Source: Adineta vaga (taxonomy: Eukaryota > Animalia > Rotifera). From it: a stretch of DNA of 64,000 bases. The notes beneath the pieces were generated by a model. It was not told the origin of the DNA. It was given only the letters and a program-made list of their open reading frames with translations, and did not search any database. Below, one piece after another: positions 45,377 through 56,980 of this stretch (the stretch's first letter is position 1; each line of letters opens with the position of its first letter). Location: NCBI GenBank assembly GCA_021613535.1, contig CP075494.1:4588001-4652000 (forward strand), given 5' to 3'. The translations under genes were made by a program, and so were the position numbers.

Positions 45377-46180
45377 CTATCTAGGACTACAAAAATAGCG
45401 ATATAGAAGAAAAATACTTGCAAGAAAAAAGAAACTACCACCAGTCACACAAAATGTTGCAGATAGATCCGTTCGAAAAATATTTGCATTATAGTCAGAT
45501 GGGGCAAAGAATACACCAAGAAAATAAAATACACCACCGAATCCAACACAAATGTTGATACATAAGGATGAAAGATCATTGATGAGATTTGAAAAATGAA
45601 AATGATGATTGTATAGATTTGTTTGATTTCGTTGGCCATCTCGATAGATTTTCCAATTTGCTGATAAAAATATAATTACAGAACCAATCATTATTAACCA
45701 ATTACCTATAATTGCATATTTTTCAAAGAAAGGTATCAATAGAGCTGATCCAACTACATAACAAGCTGAGCCACATGCCGTTATAAATGAATGAATACCA
45801 TTTTCAGCTTTTTTCAATCGACGTACTTCTAATGATTGTGAATATGATGATCGATTTTTTTCTGGTAATTCATAATCATCTCGATCTGTTTTAGTCGAAC
45901 AACAACCTTTTCGATCATGCCACCATTGTTGAAGATCAGCAAGAAGAAGAAAGAACGAACCGAATGTAAAACACCATCCACCCACAATGAAAGCCATCGA
46001 AAAATGTTGGATGACTTTGCTGAAATACATGCATGATGCAACAATGAGAAAAAATCCTCCCAACATCGAATGAATACCATGAACTATTTTCCATAGAGAG
46101 GGAAAAGATCTTTGAAGATTGTTGTTGAGAGAAGGTGTTTCATGTACGATCAAGACACCATTACTTTCTTCATTCATCAT
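45377..46180 (-). CDS. Multi-pass membrane protein with YrhK-like helical-hairpin repeats
   Basis: Three pairs of helices with G..F..GS..F-type motifs (GGWCFTFGSFFLL, GSACYVVGSALL, GNWLIMIGSVIIF, GGSFFFLAS). Confidence 0.55.
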   Translation of the reverse strand: MMNEESNGVLIVHETPSLNNNLQRSFPSLWKIVHGIHSMLGGFFLIVASCMYFSKVIQHFSMAFIVGGWCFTFGSFFLLLADLQQWWHDRKGCCSTKTDRDDYELPEKNRSSYSQSLEVRRLKKAENGIHSFITACGSACYVVGSALLIPFFEKYAIIGNWLIMIGSVIIFLSANWKIYRDGQRNQTNLYNHHFHFSNLINDLSSLCINICVGFGGVFYFLGVFFAPSDYNANIFRTDLSATFCVTGGSFFFLASIFLLYRYFCSPR

Positions 46181-46580
46181 TTTGTTTATTCAATATTTTG
46201 ATAAGAATACAATGAAAATATGGTAGAATAAAAAAGGTCGTGCACTTCAAAGTGACTGAAATATGATCTCCATTTTTCTTGATTCATTCGAGTATTTTAT
46301 ACTCTATAAGTATTAACAATTCATAAAAGTGACTTTAGGTATCTGATGCGGAAAATTAAATATAAAGTCGTCAGTTTGATTTCTCAAATCATTTATATTA
46401 TTAGCTTGTAGAATGGTAGAATAAAACTGTTTATCTGTTTCTATGGTGTTTTTTCATATATAGTCGTGTAAAACATATTGACAGATTGAGAAAAGTAGGA
46501 GAAAATATGACGTATACTAGTTTTTTTCTCGTATATATAATAAGAGAATTTTTTTGTTGTTGTTACAATCACAATCAAAC

Positions 46581-47327
46581 ATGACTCTTTTAACAAGTGA
46601 AAAACAAGAAAAAATAATTGATATTAGTAGTTTACAAGCGATAGAGATGGCGAAAAAACACAAAATGAAATGGTTTATTGGTTTACAAATCTTCACTGTT
46701 ATGTTTATTGTACTTATCATCGGAATACTGTATCTTACTATGTATCCAAATATGACAATAACACAAAATGTTGCAAGCAATATATGCATCAATCCTCCTA
46801 AAACAAAGGAAAATATTGTTAGTCTTTACGCATTAGATCCTTTGGCTCGTACATTTGGTTTTGATGAAGGAAAATATGGTCATATTATTTTAAATTGGAC
46901 TGTTTATAATCAGGGAAGTGATATTGATTTTAATACTTACAACAAAGGCAACTTTACAGTTGGTATTGAAGGTGGAAGAATCGGTATAATTATTGATTTA
47001 GGTTCGAGTGCAGATCTTCAACGACGATATAAATACAAAGAAACAGTAGGAAACGGACAAGGTTTTGCATCAATTCATCGACAAAATGCAATACTTCTTA
47101 TTCGATCATCTGATTTATATAATAATACTTTTCAATCAATGAAAGAATCAAATGAATTATTTCAACAAGGCAAATCAGGAGCAAATATGGCTGTCCAACT
47201 TGGACATATTTATATTCTTCGAATAACTGATCGTTTTACACCTCATTTTGAATCCATTGTGAAGATGTTAGTAATTAGCTATCGTCCAAATGAATCAGTT
47301 ACAATTCGATGGGAAGTTATCACTTAA
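46581..47327 (+). CDS. Type II single-pass membrane protein of unknown function
   Basis: One TM helix (WFIGLQIF...LYLTMY) followed by a beta-rich ectodomain; intronless ORF. Confidence 0.65.
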   Translation: MTLLTSEKQEKIIDISSLQAIEMAKKHKMKWFIGLQIFTVMFIVLIIGILYLTMYPNMTITQNVASNICINPPKTKENIVSLYALDPLARTFGFDEGKYGHIILNWTVYNQGSDIDFNTYNKGNFTVGIEGGRIGIIIDLGSSADLQRRYKYKETVGNGQGFASIHRQNAILLIRSSDLYNNTFQSMKESNELFQQGKSGANMAVQLGHIYILRITDRFTPHFESIVKMLVISYRPNESVTIRWEVIT

Positions 47328-48157
47328 ATATCATTGACTTACATGATTTGATCGTTCTATAAGTCATTGATTGTATTTCAGAGAAGTAATTGTCATCATC
47401 ACGTCGTGTATAGTTCTTGTCTAATGAAATAAAATATTGGCATGAAGTAACGTAAAAAAAAGAACGAAGAAGTGATCAGTTAATTAAACAAATGATATAG
47501 ACACCGAATCTATTTGTAGCGTAAACTACTATCGCTTCACTAATGAAAAAAAAAAGAACTACGCGGTTTTATTTACCGATATTCTTTTGGTGAGGCTATA
47601 TAAATTCGGATATCCGATAATAACGAGTATATGAGAGAAATTCTTCTGCAAATATTGGTTTGGTATTGAAAAGTTATGTATATATTTTTTTCATAACAGT
47701 TCTACGCTGTTATATACCCTAATGAAATCTGTCACTTTTTTATTTTTCATATTCACTGAAACTTTTCTTGATACTATTTTCTTAATTATGTTAATAGCAA
47801 TATCAATGTGTATGGCGTAAATGACTAGTTTTGATCTTTGATATTCATCTAACAAAGTAAAATATTGAAGATAGAGCTGAATATCGTTCTTGTGTGCAGT
47901 CGATATAATCAAGATAAGTTAGTGAAAACGATATAAAGAGAAATGCTCAGATATGACAGAAAGTATATGTGTACTTTTGATTGTCCATGGTAAACCTTTA
48001 TCGTACTTCATGAGAAAGCAATTTATTAATAAATGATAGTTAAAATACAGAGATTTTGTAAACATTTTTAAATCGAATTATGTTATCTTACTTCGTATGG
48101 TTTTGTAATAGTATATTCAGCGAAGAAAATGTGTATTCATAGATAAAAAAAAAGATT

Positions 48158-49644
48158 TTATCGGTGTAAGAGAACACTGATAGTATCTGAATTGAAGTTT
48201 GCTACAATTATATCAGCTTTATTGTCATTATTCACATCAATGACGGCTATTGACTGTGGATTAGTTCCAACTGAATAAGTTATTTGAGAAGAAAAAGTAC
48301 CGTTGCCTTTGTTAAGAAAAATACCAATCGTATTCGATCCATAATTTGCTACAATAATATCAGGATTATTATCGTTAGTCAGATCAACTACTGCCACCGA
48401 TGATGGACGATCTCCAGTTGTATAAGTGACTTGAGATTGAAACATGCCATTGCCTACATTGAGAAGAACACCAACGGTATTTCCACCATTGTTTGCAACA
48501 ATAATATCAACTTTATTGTCATTATTCACATCAATGACGGCTACTGACTGCGGTTTACTTCCAACTGAATAAGTAATTTGAGAAGCAAAAGAACCATTGC
48601 CTACATTAAGAAGAATACCAATAGTATTCGATCCATAATTTGGTACAACGATATCGATATTGCCATCATTGTTTACATCAGTTACTACAGCTTGATATGG
48701 ATTACTACCAACAGAATAAGTAATTTGAGAATAGAACATACCATTGCCTATATTGAAAAGTATTCCAACTTTGTTGGAACCATAATTTGCCACAATAATA
48801 TCAGATTTATTATCGTTATTTAAGTCAGCAATTGCTACTGAACTTGGAGAGCCACTAACTGAGTAAGTAATTTGAGGAGCAAATGTACTGTTATCTGTAT
48901 TGAATAGAATACCAATTTGAGCTGAGTTATAATTTGCAACAACGATATCAACTTTATTGTTATTATTTAAATCAGCTATCGCGACTGAACATGGCATATC
49001 ACCAACTGAATACGTAGTTTGAGGAGAAAACGTACCGTTGCCAATATTAAACAGGATACCAATATTATTTAAACCATTATTTGTAACAACAATATCGACG
49101 TTACTATCACCATTTACATCAGCCACACCTATTGATCGCGGATCCAAACCAACTTGATACGTTACTTGACCGAAAAACATATTAGTACTGTTGTATACTA
49201 TATAATAAGAAAAGGTTTTTCAATAGAGAAAAAAGACGTTATGGAGAATAATACAAATCACTAACCAAATGGTATTTTTGTTGATGTTGATACAATCGAT
49301 TCTACTCAAGAAAAAAGATCGATAGTGACAAATAAGAAAAGCAACTTACTGTTGATTATTGTTATTGATGATTGATTGATAAATATAAAAGATGAATTTG
49401 AATAATAATCAATAAGAATTGAATTATTATTGAAAGAAAACAATTGACAAATTTGATCGTTTAAAAAATAATTTAAAGTAAATAAAACTCCATTTGATTT
49501 CATCATTTCACATATACATTGACTTTTTGTAATATTAAATAGAGATTTATTGATACTATCAATCATTATATAATTATTTATTATACCAAGAGAAATTGTA
49601 TCAATAAAAGAAAATAAAACAAACATCAAAGCGAATCTAAACAT
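48158..49644 (-). CDS. Secreted FG-GAP/VCBS-repeat beta-propeller with an N-terminal PAN/apple-like segment, multi-exon
   Basis: Signal peptide in the 49306-49644 ORF (C.C.M...LNYF..DQICQLF). Seven repeats of P.SVA+.D+NND.K.DI+VAN.GS.TIG+L+N.GNG.F..Q+TYSVG in 48158-49180. Confidence 0.85.
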
Positions 49645-51630
49645 TTGCTTTTCTGGTTTTTATCACTCAACACGTTTTCAACAATTGTTCAGAAAAACAA
49701 TTTTCTTCTACTTTAATAAATAAACACTAGAAAAAAAATTAGAATATATATTATATATAAAGTCGTTGTTAATATGATGGCATAGAACATAAAAAGTCAT
49801 CTCGATAATAGTTATGAGAAAAAATCTGAGTATTTCTCAACACTTATGGAAGTACAATCATCACTATCGTAATATTTGCAATTGAGAAAAACTACGCATT
49901 TCTTTGAAGACATTTTTTCTCTTTTTTTAATTAAAACTTCGTTATGTTCAGAAGAAAAGAATGAGAGAACTATTCATACTTATAATATTGAACAAAATTT
50001 GTAAATGCACTTCAAGAATTTAGTATAAATAATCGAATCTTTTTTCAATTTGTAGATGTAGTGTGCCTTCATAAAGAAAACAAAAGAAACTTCTCTAGAA
50101 ATATTTAACAAAACTCAAATAGAAGAAAAAGAACAGTTTGAACATCCGAAGTGATAATAAAATACAAAAAACGAATGTAACACTTATCCTTAATTAAATA
50201 TCAACCGTTGTTTTACACTATTTTATCTTTTTTAATTATCAAATATGAATTATTTTACATGTAGATCAGATGGCATTCAAACCTTTTTTTCATATCAGTA
50301 CAAATGTCTTTCTGTTGTATTTTAATATTCTTCATATTCATTAATCGACTGTTCAATAAATGATTGAGTTTCAGTAAATTTCTATAAAAAATAAAACTAG
50401 TCTTTCTACAGTATGCTAAAACGTGTTTCTGAAACATCTATTTTACTAATAGTGTCTCCTTGTTTTGAAAAAATTCAGCTATAATATTCTTTGCATCAAA
50501 TATCTCTTCAGTTATGTTTGCTATCGTTGTTAATTTCAGATAAATCACCATTTAATGGATCTAAATAAAGTAAATCGGTAGGACATCAATGAGTGAAAGT
50601 AATTAATATATTTTACCATAAGGAATCGAACACATGTTGTAGTACTAGATGTTGCCGATGATATCAAATGATTGAGATCAGCGTGTCTCGGTGTTTTTTA
50701 ATTTCAATACATTAAAACAAATATTATGTAACGCCTCATTATCGATACAACATATTTTCCATCAGTTGAGGAATATAAAGAACGACATTATAGAGTACAA
50801 TAATATCGCTAAAACACTGAATGGTATTTACAGAGATAAACGCTTCAATACTTGACTAAATGCGCTGTATATGCGTGATATGTACTATCCAAATATTCTT
50901 CCCACGAATCTTCGAAATGAGTAATGAACCCATATACCTGCAGATCCTATTTCACCATCCGCGGTGAATCAAGTAATCGAGAGGTGTGAAGGCAATCTCA
51001 TACGCTTGAGTTTCTTTACGAATAGTTTCTATCGTGTTTAGATCAAGATCAACAAGAATAGCACGAGGAACATATTAGTTTAAATTTCATTTCGACTAAG
51101 CAATCTATCTGCTTGTTAACTCCGTTATATAGTAAACATTGATACGCTCGAGTTGAAGAAGAAACTCCTCATGATAAATACCGGTTAAATCGATGCGATA
51201 TTCATTGGAAATACAATACAAGTAGAGAAATAAAAAGGAATCATTTTCATCATCTATCTTTATATTTTCGAACCGATTTAATTACCACATGACATAAGAC
51301 TAGTATATCTTTGTCAGATTTATTTTTCCAATTCTGATTAATAATTTTCTCTTTGAAAATTTCTCAGAAGAGAATCAATAATCTTCAGACGAAAGAATAC
51401 ATCTTGTACACAGTCCTTGATGTAGAACTCTTATTCTGAAAAATAACATGTAATCGAATGTAAAGAAAACAAAAGAAAAACAAAACACGCACACCGCAAA
51501 GCCAAAAGATAAAGCATCTCGCATACAAGGAGATAAAGAAAAATTTTCATCATATTTATTTTATTTTGTGGTATTTCGAAAACTTCACATGAATGAAAAA
51601 TATTCATGAAATAATATAATAAGAAAAAGT

Positions 51631-52656
51631 TTATGGTTGAACATGATCAAGAAATCGAACATTTAATTGCCATGGTAATGGACATTTCGTTGGATCAACA
51701 TCTAAAACATGAGAATCGTTTGTACGTTCATTTTTTAAGCGAATCGTTCTTCGATCACAATCAACAGTTAATAGATAAGTATCACCCAATTCTAAATTAC
51801 TTTGATATCCATCATAACCTTGAACAGGATTTGCATTGAGATAAACAACATCATCTCCAGTCCATCCATAAGTCGAAGGAGTATTCCACGGATCTTTTGA
51901 TATATTAGCTTTTTTGGATGCAACTCCAAAAAAGATGCATTTACTTTTGTAGCGGAATTGATGAACACCTGTTTTCAATTCACCCTCATTGTACGGAGTA
52001 AAATCTCCTTCAATGGGCACCATAAGATGAACGGGTGGAATAAGAATTTCTGGATCAAGATCATCATTTGTGTCTGTTATTTCATAGGGCGTATATTCTC
52101 CATCGACAACGAGTTTAGAAATAAATGGTTCGACCACCTTAAGTCGAATAAAATCTGTTACAAATGCACTGACTTTTCCTTTCAGACGCTTAAGTTGTAT
52201 TTTCCATCTACTCAAATGTGTTTCAACAAAGCCATCAGTTTCCATAGCTCGTTTTAATGCTGATATGTCTAGTGCGGTCCATTTTGGTATCATGTTTATA
52301 TGATGTTCAAATAGTCTTTTACTTTGTTCTCGAGCTTCGGCCGATGCTTGCTTAATTTTTGTAATTGCTTGTCTTTCCCAATCTTCGATTTGTTCAAAAA
52401 CATTCTCCTGTTTTGTTTTTAACACTTTTTGACGTTTACGCGTTTCATCATTCCAATACGCATTCCATTGTTCACTCTCGTGGATTATTTCATGAAGTTC
52501 ACCTCTTAACATTTGACGATGACTAGCTGTGTGTTGTGAACAAAAGATCTTTCCACAACCAATACATTGATATACACCAATCGGTTTCGAACATGATGCA
52601 CAATGAGGACATATCGCTTCTGGAAAAGCCCACACGTTCGAATTTGTGCTCATCAT
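51631..52656 (-). CDS. B-box-like zinc finger/coiled-coil/SPRY-like protein (TRIM-like, bdelloid-expanded)
   Basis: CASCSKPIGVYQCIGCGKIFCSQHTASHRQ, a coiled coil, then IFFGVASK...STYGW...GDTYLLTVDCDRRTIRLKNER...CPLPWQL. Confidence 0.7.
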   Translation of the reverse strand: MMSTNSNVWAFPEAICPHCASCSKPIGVYQCIGCGKIFCSQHTASHRQMLRGELHEIIHESEQWNAYWNDETRKRQKVLKTKQENVFEQIEDWERQAITKIKQASAEAREQSKRLFEHHINMIPKWTALDISALKRAMETDGFVETHLSRWKIQLKRLKGKVSAFVTDFIRLKVVEPFISKLVVDGEYTPYEITDTNDDLDPEILIPPVHLMVPIEGDFTPYNEGELKTGVHQFRYKSKCIFFGVASKKANISKDPWNTPSTYGWTGDDVVYLNANPVQGYDGYQSNLELGDTYLLTVDCDRRTIRLKNERTNDSHVLDVDPTKCPLPWQLNVRFLDHVQP

Positions 52657-53620
52657 TTTGGAAACAAATGCTCTTTTTTTGCGACCTGTATGTAAAGATA
52701 TCGACTCTTGAATGAAAAACAACTATTTTGATAACGGACGGTTTGAGTTGTTGTTTGAAATCTAGAAGTCTTATTCAAGAAAGATAAGCATGCATATTTC
52801 GAGATTTTATAAGCTTAGTTACAATATGCAAGAACTAATATTCTTAAGGCATATGGTATAGTGAAAAACAACTTATTCGTTGTAATGTGACGTCCACAAA
52901 CCGGTAAGATAAAAATACAAATGTTTATTTTTGCTTCGCAGTGAAAGATGTAGCTCGAATAAAAGACAATGTGATGGTGATATTACGGTTTTTTTTCATT
53001 TAAGGAGTAAGAATATATTGCTAACGCCTACATCTCTTGTTGTTATCATTTCAAATAAAAGAGTTGTGCGAGATTACCCACAATTTTTGAAGTTGCTTGA
53101 ATTGAATGAAGTTACCATAGAACAGAACAGTCTTTTTTTTATCTAAATTTATCATGAATCATGCCCAAACAGTGTGCGAATTAGATTGAAAGAAAAAAAT
53201 ATTTTATTCATTCATTTATCATGATACATATCTATAGGCCTGTCGTACTATTTGATTATCAATAATTTGTCACAAACGAATCAACTAAAAGTAATATAAG
53301 AGACCCACCCTTATGAATATAGAAGAGTAAAAATAAAAAAGTCATTCGTACCTCTTTTTTTTGTCGTCGATCATTAAGGAGCTTCTGCCTTTCCGAGACA
53401 TTTCACACATATTTATGCTCAATGAGCACCATACATTGCAGACTTCAAACGTGCTATTTATTCTAACATGGAAAATGGTATTCAATGCAAAAATTATATA
53501 TATATATAGATAGATAGATATTAATTCGTCGAGTTATCATACAATCTTCTTGTTGACTTTTGAACTAAAGCTCTGTTTCTTAAATGAAAAAATGCGTTTC
53601 TGATATAATCATATGAAGGT

Positions 53621-53734
53621 TCAACGGTGAATTTATATGTTCCGCCTTGTCATATAAGGTATGAGGATTTGTTGATTTGACATTATTTGCACTCTCGTCC
53701 TGAGACAAAATAATCTCTTAATTCTTACTTTTAT
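53621..53734 (-). pseudogene. Diverged duplicate of the 3' end of the adjacent GPCR gene
   Basis: Aligns with 54168-54281 (e.g. tttgcactctcgt...gacaaaataatctcttaattctta). Confidence 0.75.
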
Positions 53735-54167
53735 GCTACCATATTTTTCTTTTTGTCAACAGATTTTATACAAATATCATTAGCAGAAAACACTAGGGAA
53801 CAGACATTTGCACTGTTAATTAAATGAATAAAAGCTAAAATTTTTCATATCATTTGTCATTCCACATTGTATTTGTAACTGATCAATAATTCTGAAATCA
53901 ACGAGTGACATTCAGATGATTGACAAACTTCATATGCAACAAAACACTCTTGCGTCATCAGCATCCTTTAGTTGCAAATTTCTTTTTCGCATGTTTATTT
54001 TTTAATCAACGAACAATAATTCATTAAGACTTTAGCTTGGTTTCCGTTGAAAGGGTATGTACGAGACAGGTTATTAAAAATACATTATGATATTCTTAGT
54101 TTCTTCACAACAAGCAACACCTATTTAGTCTGAAAACACTTCGTTTTTACAATGGTAAAATTTAACT

Positions 54168-55263
54168 TCAATGGTGAGTTGGTACGTTTCGCCTTGTTAT
54201 ATAAGTCATGAGAATTTGTTGATTTAATATTGTTTGCACTCTCGTACCGCGACAAAATAATCTCTTAATTCTTATTTTTATCTCAGGCATACTAATTAAA
54301 CATATAAATGGCATCAGCAATGGCACAAGATATATTGCGTATGCAAAATAAACCATAGTTAACACTAATAGAAACAATGGATCAAACCAAAGTCGAATCA
54401 AACCAAAGATTGTTAATGGTAAATAGATAATTAGGAAGAGAAATGAAATCAAAAAGATTTGCAATGCAAGTTTACGAGTTGTACGCCAAGTTCGACCTCG
54501 TCGCATCTTAAACTTTTGATGAACAACTCGTATGAAAAGAACAATATTGAAGATAATTGTAAGTACAACTGGAGTAAATGAGCTTAGCATCCAGTCAATC
54601 GTTCCAATTGTACCTTCGTATACGTAGCATGCGCCGATACACCAGAGTTGAGTGTAATCGAAGAACTGTTGACATGGATAGAAAAAGATCAGACTAGTAT
54701 ACCAAATGAAAAGTAAGATCGGTGGTAGAATAATTGGTAGATAATGTTTGAGACGAGTGTTGATGAGTTGTTTGTGAAAGATAAATAAATACCGTTGAAA
54801 TGAAGCGATAGCCATAATCCATCCACTCGTCGTAAATAGAAGATAATTCATAAATATCCAGTATAGACAAAGAGAGGCAGATGATGGAATTACTTGACCG
54901 AAGTAAATATAAATAAGTGTAAGCGGTAGTTCAGTTGTTGTTATAAGAAAATTAGCAACCAATAAACATATTATGCTAAAATTGAAATCATCTATCAAAA
55001 ATTTTTAACAAAAAACTCTATCACCCCTTCTGTTTCTGAGGTTATGTATCAAAGAATAGTTTTTGTACTTACACATGATTATGTTGTTTTTTATATATTT
55101 CTGGTAATCGAATCGAATAATAAAATAGAACTAAACTGCAAATGGTGGAAACGATTTGACAGCTGAGTAAGAAACTAAACTTGATTGTTTTGGAAAACGA
55201 AGGCTCCAGTATGAAATATCCACCATCATCATAATCCGAAGTTTCATTGGAGTTTACTGACAT
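54168..55263 (-). CDS. Rhodopsin-like 7TM GPCR, 2 exons
   Basis: Exon 1 is 55263-55073; intron 55072-54976. ELPLTL, MAIASFQRYLFIFH (DRY-like), WCIGACY and LMPFICLISMPEI. Confidence 0.85.
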
Positions 55264-55769
55264 GTCTAATATTAGGTTTCCAAGTAAAGGAAATGAGGAT
55301 GTTTGTTCACAAATTGTTTAGATTGAAAGAAAAAATAAATGTGGTGGCGGAAATGACAAGTGATTATATTCTGAAGTTTTAATTATAATTAATGCGTGTG
55401 TTTGATAGATAATTTTATGTTTGAATAAATTCATGTAAAGGAAAGATATTTTTATTCCATGGATGTTTATTTGAATACTCAGTAATATCATGAAATCCAA
55501 GTACTGACGATTTCAAGAAATAATAATTATGTATCTGTTTTGTTAATGAGTTTAATATGATCTTCTTTGAAATTGTTGGTCTTATGCGACATCTGTTATT
55601 TAGTTGTATGTTTAACAGAAAGGACATTCGATAAAGTATCAACCAATCTATGTAATTTCAAGATGTTGTTGTATTACACTTACACTTTCATATTGGATGG
55701 GAATCTTTAGCATCAACAGTTTTTATTAAACAATCCTCGCTTAAATTTCAATTGTTTAATGGTTAGAAA

Positions 55770-56741
55770 ATGGTCGATTCATTTAGAACAACTGAACTAA
55801 GTTTAATCCATCATGATACAAATCTATGGACCTATGAAGGTTCAGTCACAATGTTATACGGTATTTTTCGTCTTCCTACTCGTATGACCATTATTCGTTT
55901 ATCAAAATCAAATCAATTAGTAGTTATATCCCCATTTCCACCAACAGATATATTACAAACATTATTAGCAGAAATTGGTCAGTACATCATATCTATATTT
56001 GTTTAATGATTCATCCTGTCTATTCTTTCTTTAGGAAAAGTTCAATATATAGTTATTCCAAATGAACATCATACTTTTTGGGCTCTAAAATTTCAAGCAC
56101 AATATCCTCATGCTCATTTAATTGCTACACGTGAAATGATGTTCAATGAAAAATTCAATAAACATATCCATGCTTACTTTACGAATGAGGGTTTAGAATA
56201 TAATTCCTATTGTCCTTCGACTAGTACTTTTGAATGGCCATTTCATGAAATTGATTATTATTGTTTTTATCATGTAAATTATATTCATGAAGTTATATTT
56301 TATCATAGATCAACATCCACTGTCATCGTTACTGATTTAGCTTTCAATTATTTTGAGGAATCCATTCATCAAAGAATTCGTGCGCAAGGTTTCCTTTTCC
56401 GATCTTACTTATGGTTAGCAGATGGCTATCGACGTGCTTGCGTTACCAAACCATTTAAATATTTCTTTGCAAATGATAATGAAGCATGTAGAAATGATTT
56501 TGAACAAATGATGATGCGTTATCAAAATTTTAATCGTTTAATTGTTGCACATGGAATGATTATTGAACGTGGAGGTTATGATGCATTCAAATCAGGAACA
56601 TATCAATTCTTTCTTGATTGTTATACACAAAAGAAATCTCGTAAAAACACTCTGTCTGTTACAACTAAGATTGGACTTGTTCTAGTAACGGGTACGATGT
56701 TACTTTATTTAGCTCGGCACTTAGACATTTTCGTCAAGTAA
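55770..56741 (+). CDS. DUF4336-family protein (metallo-beta-lactamase-like fold) with C-terminal TM anchor, 2 exons
   Basis: RMTIIRLS...LVVISP...LAEIG|KVQYIVIPNEHHTFW...YPHA; EVIFYHRSTSTVIVTDLAFN; RLIVAHG. Intron 55978-56034 keeps the frame. Confidence 0.75.
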
Positions 56742-56980
56742 TTATCTCTTATGTTTAAAATAGATATAGTCAGATTTAGTATACCAAATATTGGTTGTCC
56801 TAGATATTCATTATTTTTTTAGAAATAAATTACATTTCTATTTGTGTGAATTTTACTGATAAACTGTGTACTCTCTAATCTTTAACAAAGTATGACAGAA
56901 AAATGCTGTTGACAGTTTCTTATTACGAACTAAGAATATAAACATTTACAATTTATTTAAAAATAAAAAAAAAATTCATT

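Noticed and set aside
48158-49180. Regular ~147-bp periodicity resembling a CRISPR or tandem array
   Set aside because: Explained by protein-coding FG-GAP repeats; there are no identical direct repeats with unique spacers.
50255-51200. Coding-like fragments on the minus strand (e.g. PTDLLYLDPLNGDLSEI), possibly a decayed gene or transposon
   Set aside because: Too many stops and frameshifts to assign a family by eye.
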